From: Octopus sinensis
Taxonomy: Eukaryota
NCBI RefSeq assembly: GCF_006345805.1
Contig: NW_021825814.1
Coordinates: forward strand, 1 to 14,386
Direction: 5' to 3'
Length of the DNA stretch: 14,386 nt
Shown here: piece by piece, positions 9,020 through 14,386 of the stretch
How the letters are laid out: the number at the start of each line of letters is the position of its first letter
Position numbering within the stretch: the first letter of the stretch is position 1
Notes under the pieces: generated by a model
Seen by the model: the letters and a program-made list of their open reading frames with translations, nothing else
Told to the model about the DNA's origin: nothing
Databases searched by the model: none
Made by a program: the position numbers and the translations under genes

Positions 9020-9390
9020 TGTCGGACTGGCAGTGTGAAGCGGCTGACCTCCCTTGTTCGAAGGTTATAATGGATACAGATCGTGTATCAATAGCTATCT
9101 TGATGGCGGTGGCCTCATGGAGCTGACCATGGCAGCGATTATTCTTATATCTATAAGAATGCCATATTAATATGGCGATAACAATTAATTTCCAGTAAAC
9201 GCTGCCATAATCTCTTTTATAGAGACTTAGTAATTTTAATATTTCTATTATTATATAAAACGATAATTAACTATATATTTATATATATATATATATACTA
9301 TTGTGTCTGGGGAGAGTCATTTTCTTTCTGTGCCTTATAATTTAACACACTCACCGGTAAAATTTCCACTTATTTCTTATTTTTATTTTC

Positions 9391-9427
9391 CTAAAATTAT
9401 CGTTGCGTCTTGCAACCTTTTCAATAG
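9391..9427 (-). ncRNA. Degenerate hammerhead-like motif
   Basis: Minus strand: CUA, UUGAAAA, G, GUUGC-AAGAC-GCAAC, GAU, AAUU, U, UAG. It has GAU instead of GAA, and stem I is only 3 bp. Confidence 0.3.
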
Positions 9428-9631
9428 TCTTTAAATAAAACCCTCCATTCAATAACACTATGTACAAACTGTATACCTGGAATGACCAACTTTAAATACT
9501 ATTGAAACTTACTCACAAGGTACTGGAATCTTATATGTATACCATTCTGCCTAAATAATGGCTCTACAGATGCAATATCCCTGCATATCTCACGTCTATT
9601 TTCATTCCTCCACTTCATTCTCTCTTTCATA

Positions 9632-10922
9632 CGAGGGACGTTCAATAAGTAATGCCTTTGACCCACTTGCAGTTGTTTGATCTAGCTGAAATTTTGCATG
9701 TGCAATCATTTATATCTCTATAGAGTAAGTGGCAAATTACAGCTCTGAACTAATTGTGGTGTCTGATTTACAGGTGTTTGAACCGAGTCAAGTGTGAAAT
9801 GGAGCCTGTTGAGTGTCGAGCAGTGATCCGGTTTTTGTATTTGAAAGGACGCACACCACGGGAGACTTTTGATGAAATGAAAGTAACTTATGGTGATGAT
9901 GCCCCATCATATGACCTTGTAAAACGCTGGCATCGTGAATTCAAACATGGTCGGAACTCTGTGGAAACAGCTCCCAGATCTGGTCGCCCCCTTCTGCCAT
10001 TGATGAGGCATCTGTCCCTCAAGTTGAGGCTGCCATTTTGGAAGATCGACGCATAATTATTCGCCAAATAGCCCATGAGGTCAAGATTAGTACCGGGTCT
10101 GTGGAAACTATCATTCATGACCATTTGCATATGCAATAGGTGTCTGCCAGAGGGATTCCCAGGTTGCTCACGCCTTTCCAGAAGCAAGAACGCGTCGAGT
10201 GCTCGAGGGTGAATTTGGAGATGTGCCAAGAAGATGAGTCAAAATTTTTCAAAAGACTGATTACACAGGATGAAACCTGGGTCCATCACGATGATCCAGA
10301 GACCAAAGCCCAGTCAATGCAGTGGAAGCACCGTGACTCATCCCCTCCAAAGAAGGCAAGGGTGCAGCCCTCCGCTGGCAAGGTCATGCTCACAGTCTTC
10401 TGGGACCAGGACGGAGTAGTGATGACAGATTTCCTGGCAAAGAGTACCACAATTGCAGGAGCTTATTATGCTTCAGTTTTGAGGAAATTAAGAGAAGTCA
10501 TCAAAATCAAGAGGCGGGGTAAGATCAGCAAAGGCATCCTCCTCCTGCAGGACAACGCTCCGGTCCACAACTCGCTTGTCGCCAGATCAGAAGCACAGGC
10601 GTATGGCTATGAACTTCTCCCCATCCCCCCTACTTTCCTGATCTTGCACCCTCTGATTTTCACCTCTTCCCAATCATGAAGTTGTTTTTGAAAGGAAAGC
10701 GTTTCCCAGATGATGCAGCCTTGATTTATGAAGTCACGTTGAGGTTGGAGGACCAAGCTGGGTTCTTCTACAAAAGCGGTCTCCAGAGCCGCATCAAACG
10801 ATGGGAGAAATGCGTAACTCTGGGTGGTTCCTATGTAGAAAAAGACTAATAACTGTGCCAAGTTTCGTTGCTCTACTGCTATGGGAAGTGGGTCAGGGGC
10901 ATTACTTATTGAACGCCCCTCG
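9632..10922 (+). mobile_element. Full-length mariner (Tc1/mariner, DD34D) DNA transposon, 1291 bp
   Basis: 37-bp TIRs at 9632-9668 (CGAGGGACGTTCAATAAGTAATGCCTTTGACCCACTT) and 10886-10922, with 3 mismatches. TA duplication at 9630-31 and 10923-24. The CGAGGG TIR start resembles the irritans (Hsmar2-like) subfamily. Confidence 0.95.
9799..10849 (+). pseudogene. Mariner transposase pseudogene
   Basis: MEPVECRAVIRFLYLKG...PRSGRP (HTH); GIPRLL (WVPxxL motif); ITQDETW; LQDNAPVH...YFPDLAPSD with 34 residues between the last two Asp. Frameshift near 9990, TAG at 10137-39, frameshift near 10625, stop TAA at 10847-49. Confidence 0.92.
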
Positions 10923-10964
10923 TATCTTATTTAAAATAACTATTGCTTAACTATTTTCTCACAC

Positions 10965-11013
10965 CGTCTCCAATGAAGGGATATATAAAATATCCCGAAA
11001 CAGCTGTAAGACG
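10965..11013 (+). ncRNA. Minimal type-I hammerhead ribozyme relic (core mutated), Penelope pLTR-like
   Basis: CGUCU, CCAAUGA (CUGAUGA with 2 changes), extra A, GGGAUAU-AUAAA-AUAUCCC (7-bp stem II), GAA, ACAGCUGU (8-nt palindrome), A17 (11008), AGACG. Confidence 0.7.
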
Positions 11014-11579
11014 TTCTATTTATTATATAAATGTTCTAAAATCTTTCACAGCCTTGGATTTTTGTCTCATGCTGAAATTTTTTTCTATATATACACATGC
11101 TGATATATGACCGATGTTGGACTCCTGATTCGCATAATAACCAAACCTGGAGCTTAACTATAGTCTGTCCATAGCACTTACTCAACATTACCTGACACCT
11201 TTGGATCTTATTGACACCATAAGCAACAAGGATATCCAGAGGTAATGCAGTACGATTGTTTCAAGCAACTCTATTTAATTGAACAATGTAATCATTACAT
11301 CAATATAAATGCAGAGCAATTGATGTAATGATTGCACAACTGGATGTGACGGGAATAAGGAAGCCTTGGTCTTCGACTTATCATCCTGAGAATGAAGCTA
11401 GACTTTTAATCATCCATGCAGATAGAAGTCATGTTGTATCTGCGAGTGTTGGTACTGTTAAAATAGGAGTCTGGGGTAGCAGTTAGTGCTACAGCTGGTT
11501 TTGTTCCTCTCTCCTTTCTTCTAAATTTCTTCTGGACAAGTAACCTCAAATGGAAATGAGACGTGTGCTTACGTCACCA

Positions 11580-11779
11580 GTTAAGGGAAGGTAAAGACAC
11601 CAACACCGGTTGTCAAGTGGTGGTGGGAGACAAACACAGTCACAAAGACACACGGTTTTTGTATACAAAATCCACTCACAAATCTTTGGTCGGCCCGAGA
11701 CTATGGTAGAAGATACTTGTCCTAAGCGCCACGCAGTGGAACTGAACGCGGAACCATGTGGTTTGGAAGCAAACTTCTT
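11580..11779 (-). mobile_element. SINE family B fragment (internally deleted, head truncated)
   Basis: AAATCCACTCACAAATCTTTGGTCGGCCCGAGACTATGGTAGAAGATACTTG...GGAACTGAACGCGGAACCATGTGGTTTGGAAGC is homologous to 1380-1490. GGTTGTCAAGTGGTGGTGGGAGACAAACAC matches the 3' body. Confidence 0.7.
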
Positions 11780-11937
11780 ATTTCTTTATTGCCCACAAGC
11801 AAACTTCTTATTTCTTTATTGCCCACAAGAGGCTAAACAAACAACGACAGACAAAGGGATTAAGTCGATTACATCGACCTCAGTGTGTAACTGGTATTTA
11901 ATTTATCGACCCCGGAAGGATGAAAAGCAAAGTCGAT
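11780..11937 (-). mobile_element. SINE family C fragment (tail type 2), 5'-truncated
   Basis: ATTTCTTTATTGCCCACAAGAGGCTAAAC...GACAAAGGGATTAAGTCGATTACATCGACC...CTGGTATTTAATTTATCGACCCC is the reverse complement of 12720-12856. Confidence 0.8.
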
Positions 11938-12623
11938 TCAATTCCTTACCACACAGTTACGCTTACGTCTAAATTTCTTTTTCTATCTTTTTCGAAAAAG
12001 ATAAAACTCAGCTAAAAATGCATTTACGTAGATTCCAAACTTTTGGCAGGTAAGCGTTTTCTCGGTTTGTTTATTCATATTAGAAGTTTTCCCGTTGTCA
12101 ACAGCACAAGCAAATGCTAAACTGTTGAGGTTTTTGCCCCGCTGTCATGTTCAATAGAGGAAAAATGTGTTTTCGCGTGTGAGAACGTCTACTTCAATTT
12201 GATGCTTTCTGTTTTTTACTTCTTTCAGAAAATTTAATTTTTTTTCCTCCTTGTAAGTTGTTTGTTGTTTGCTGCGTGATTAAGTTGGCGTTTTTTGATT
12301 TTCATTCTCTGGTCTTACATTCAAGTGAAGATTTTGATGGGCGTTGTCTCTCTCTCTCTCTTTCTCTGGTTAATGTCAGCCATTTACGGGTTGAATGTAC
12401 ACACACACTCTCACACACAAACACACGCACACAAGAAGCAAATATTGTTTAAACGGTTTGAAAATGACCAGGTTTAACACTTACTGCTTCGAAGTCATTT
12501 TCAGAAATGCTCTGGTAGTGTTCTCCGAAGGAACTATTTAAAACTGAATGCATTAAACTTCAGTTACACTTGGTATAAAAGTATCTAAATCGTACGTATT
12601 TTTGTATCGAATACAAAACAACA

Positions 12624-12856
12624 AGGCGGCGAGCTGGCAGAAACGTTAGCACGCCGAGCGAAATGCTTAGCGTTATTTCGTCTGTCTTTACGTTCTGAGT
12701 TCAAATTCCGCCGGAGGTTGACTTTGCCTTTCATCCTTTAGGGGTCGATAAATCAAGTACCAGTTATACTCTGGGGCCGATGTAATCGACTTAATACCTT
12801 TGTCTGTCCTTGTTTGTTCCCTCTGTGTTTAGCCCCTTGTGGGCAATAAAAAAATA
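12624..12856 (+). mobile_element. SINE family C (tail type 2), full length and well preserved
   Basis: Head AGGCGGCGAGCTGGCAGAAACGTTAGCACGCC; B box GAGTTCAAATTCC at 12697-12709; tail ...TTTAGCCCCTTGTGGGCAATAAAAAAATA. Confidence 0.85.
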
Positions 12857-12857
12857 T

Positions 12858-12903
12858 GAAACGTTAGCACGCCGGACGAAATGCTTAGCGTTATTTTGTC
12901 TGT
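12858..12903 (+). mobile_element. Second partial SINE C head fused in tandem
   Basis: GAAACGTTAGCACGCCGGACGAAATGCTTAGCGTTATTTTGTCTGT repeats about 12640-12685. Confidence 0.85.
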
Positions 12904-13490
12904 AGAAGTCTGTGTAGAATTAGCTAGAGCAGATATAGACTCCTATGTAGGTAGTAGTGAAGAAAGTTTATTAAGAGCTGTTAGAGTCACAGAAAAACAT
13001 AGGGAAATTAAAAAAAAACAAACGGAGTTAAAAACCAGAAAAAAGAACAAAAGTTATCTGACTGACAGGACAAGGCTTTGCGTGGTAGATTTCCAAAGAT
13101 ATTTGCAGCAAATAGTAGCAATGGTTGCAGAAAGGAAGGCTGAAAAGGAAAATAGAAAGTTTGTTAGTAACAGCGTAAGATCAAGCATTCAGGACTAATG
13201 GGATAAAAGCCAAGATAGACAAAAACCAAGTAGATTCCCAATGTAGGTTATGCAAATCAGAAGAGGAAAGTATTAATCATATAGTAAGTGAATGTAGCAT
13301 GCTGGCACAGAAAGAATACGAGAAAAGACATGACAACCTAAGGAGAGTAATCCACTGGGAGTTATGTAGAAAGTTAGGATTTGACTATACTGATAAACAG
13401 TATGAACATGAACCTAGTAAAGTACTAGAAAGTAAGAAATATAAAATGTTGTGGGACTTAAACATTCAGACTGACAGAGAAATAGATGCT
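12904..13490 (+). mobile_element. R4/Dong-clade LINE fragment (post-RT region to CCHC), truncated at both ends
   Basis: Frameshifted translation: ...DQAFRTNGIKAKIDKNQVDSQCRLCKSEEESINHIVSECSMLAQKEYEKRHDNLRRVIHWELCRKLG...LWDLNIQTDREIDA. It stops just before the RPD motif. Confidence 0.85.
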
Positions 13491-14195
13491 TTGGCCACGA
13501 ACTGGAGGGTCAACCTTAGAAATGAACAAGTGCCACCTCTGTTCTATTGCAGATTAAACCATTGCCCCTACCATGAACGAATGCCCTAGACTTGCCCCAA
13601 ACCACTACAAGTTGTGGCGACACGACCAGGTAGCAAAAGTGCTACATTAGAAATTGTTCGAAAAGTGGGGGCTAGAGAAATGCAAGACATGGTATGAGCA
13701 CAAACAGCAGCGAGTAGTGGAGTTGGACACTAGCAAAATCCTCTGTGATTTCCCAATCCAAACAGATCAGGTGACAGACCATAAGAGACCGGACCTAGTG
13801 GTGGTGGACATGGTACACCACATATGCTATATAGTTGATGTTGCATGCCCCTTTGTCCGACGAATAACCAAAAAGAAAGACGAAAAGAGAGATAGACACG
13901 ACCCTCTTAAGTACGAAATAGCCCAGCTATGGAAAATTAGAAAGGTGAAGATAGTACCAATTATTGTTGGGTCTTTGGGAACAGTATCAGAAGGTATTAA
14001 GAGGAATATAAAGGAAATTGGAAGCGAGTGCCCAGTAGAACTGTTGCAAGAGGTTTGTCTCCTTGGTCTCGACCAGAATAATCAGGAAAGTATTAGATAG
14101 CTGAAAAGAACGAATAGCATGGTACCATAGGCTGCAGGTAGTAAGCCCGTTACGTATGCAAGATTCCAGGAGCAACAAAACCTGTGATGTAAAGA

Positions 14196-14245
<50 letters not shown>
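13488..14245 (+). mobile_element. Second R4/Dong-clade LINE, 5'-truncated, with 3' UTR and (TAA)n tail
   Basis: ALATNWR...PL.YC...TIAPTMNECPRLAPNHYKLWRHDQVAKVLH*KLFEKWG...ILCDFPIQTDQVTDHKRPDLVVVD...IVDVACP...KYEIAQLWK...VPIIVGSLG. (AAT)n runs about 14196-14245. Confidence 0.88.
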
Positions 14246-14386
14246 TTTTTTATTAACCACAAAGGATTTACATAAAAAAAGCATAATGGACGATAAAGGA
14301 CAAAAGATTGTGTGTGTGAGTGTGTGTGTATATGTGTGTGTGTGTTTGCATATGTGTGTGTGTGCGCATGCGTGTACACTTTGCTA

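Overview
Eukaryotic, AT-rich, microsatellite-dense DNA, most likely intronic or intergenic sequence from an octopus (inferred from the SINE families and repeat landscape). No intact protein-coding gene is evident, and almost all ORF-track ORFs are translations of microsatellites or low-complexity DNA. Supportable content: (i) a full-length but inactivated DD34D mariner (9632-10922, 37-bp TIRs, TA target duplication); (ii) three 5'-truncated R4/Dong-type LINE fragments (CCHC plus PD-(D/E)xK endonuclease) associated with (TAA)n; (iii) about nine tRNA-derived SINE copies or fragments from four families; (iv) a twice-present 149-bp element that looks like a non-coding derivative of a Dong 3' end. 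The most interesting signal is a cluster of minimal type-I hammerhead ribozyme motifs with palindromic stem III, of the Penelope-like-element/retrozyme type. The best one (8978-9019) carries the compensatory U3-A8 core pair and caps a ~135-nt rod-like hairpin followed by more dense hairpins. A second motif (10965-11013) has a mutated core, and a third weak one lies on the minus strand (9391-9427). Three possible small host-gene exons are flagged at low confidence.
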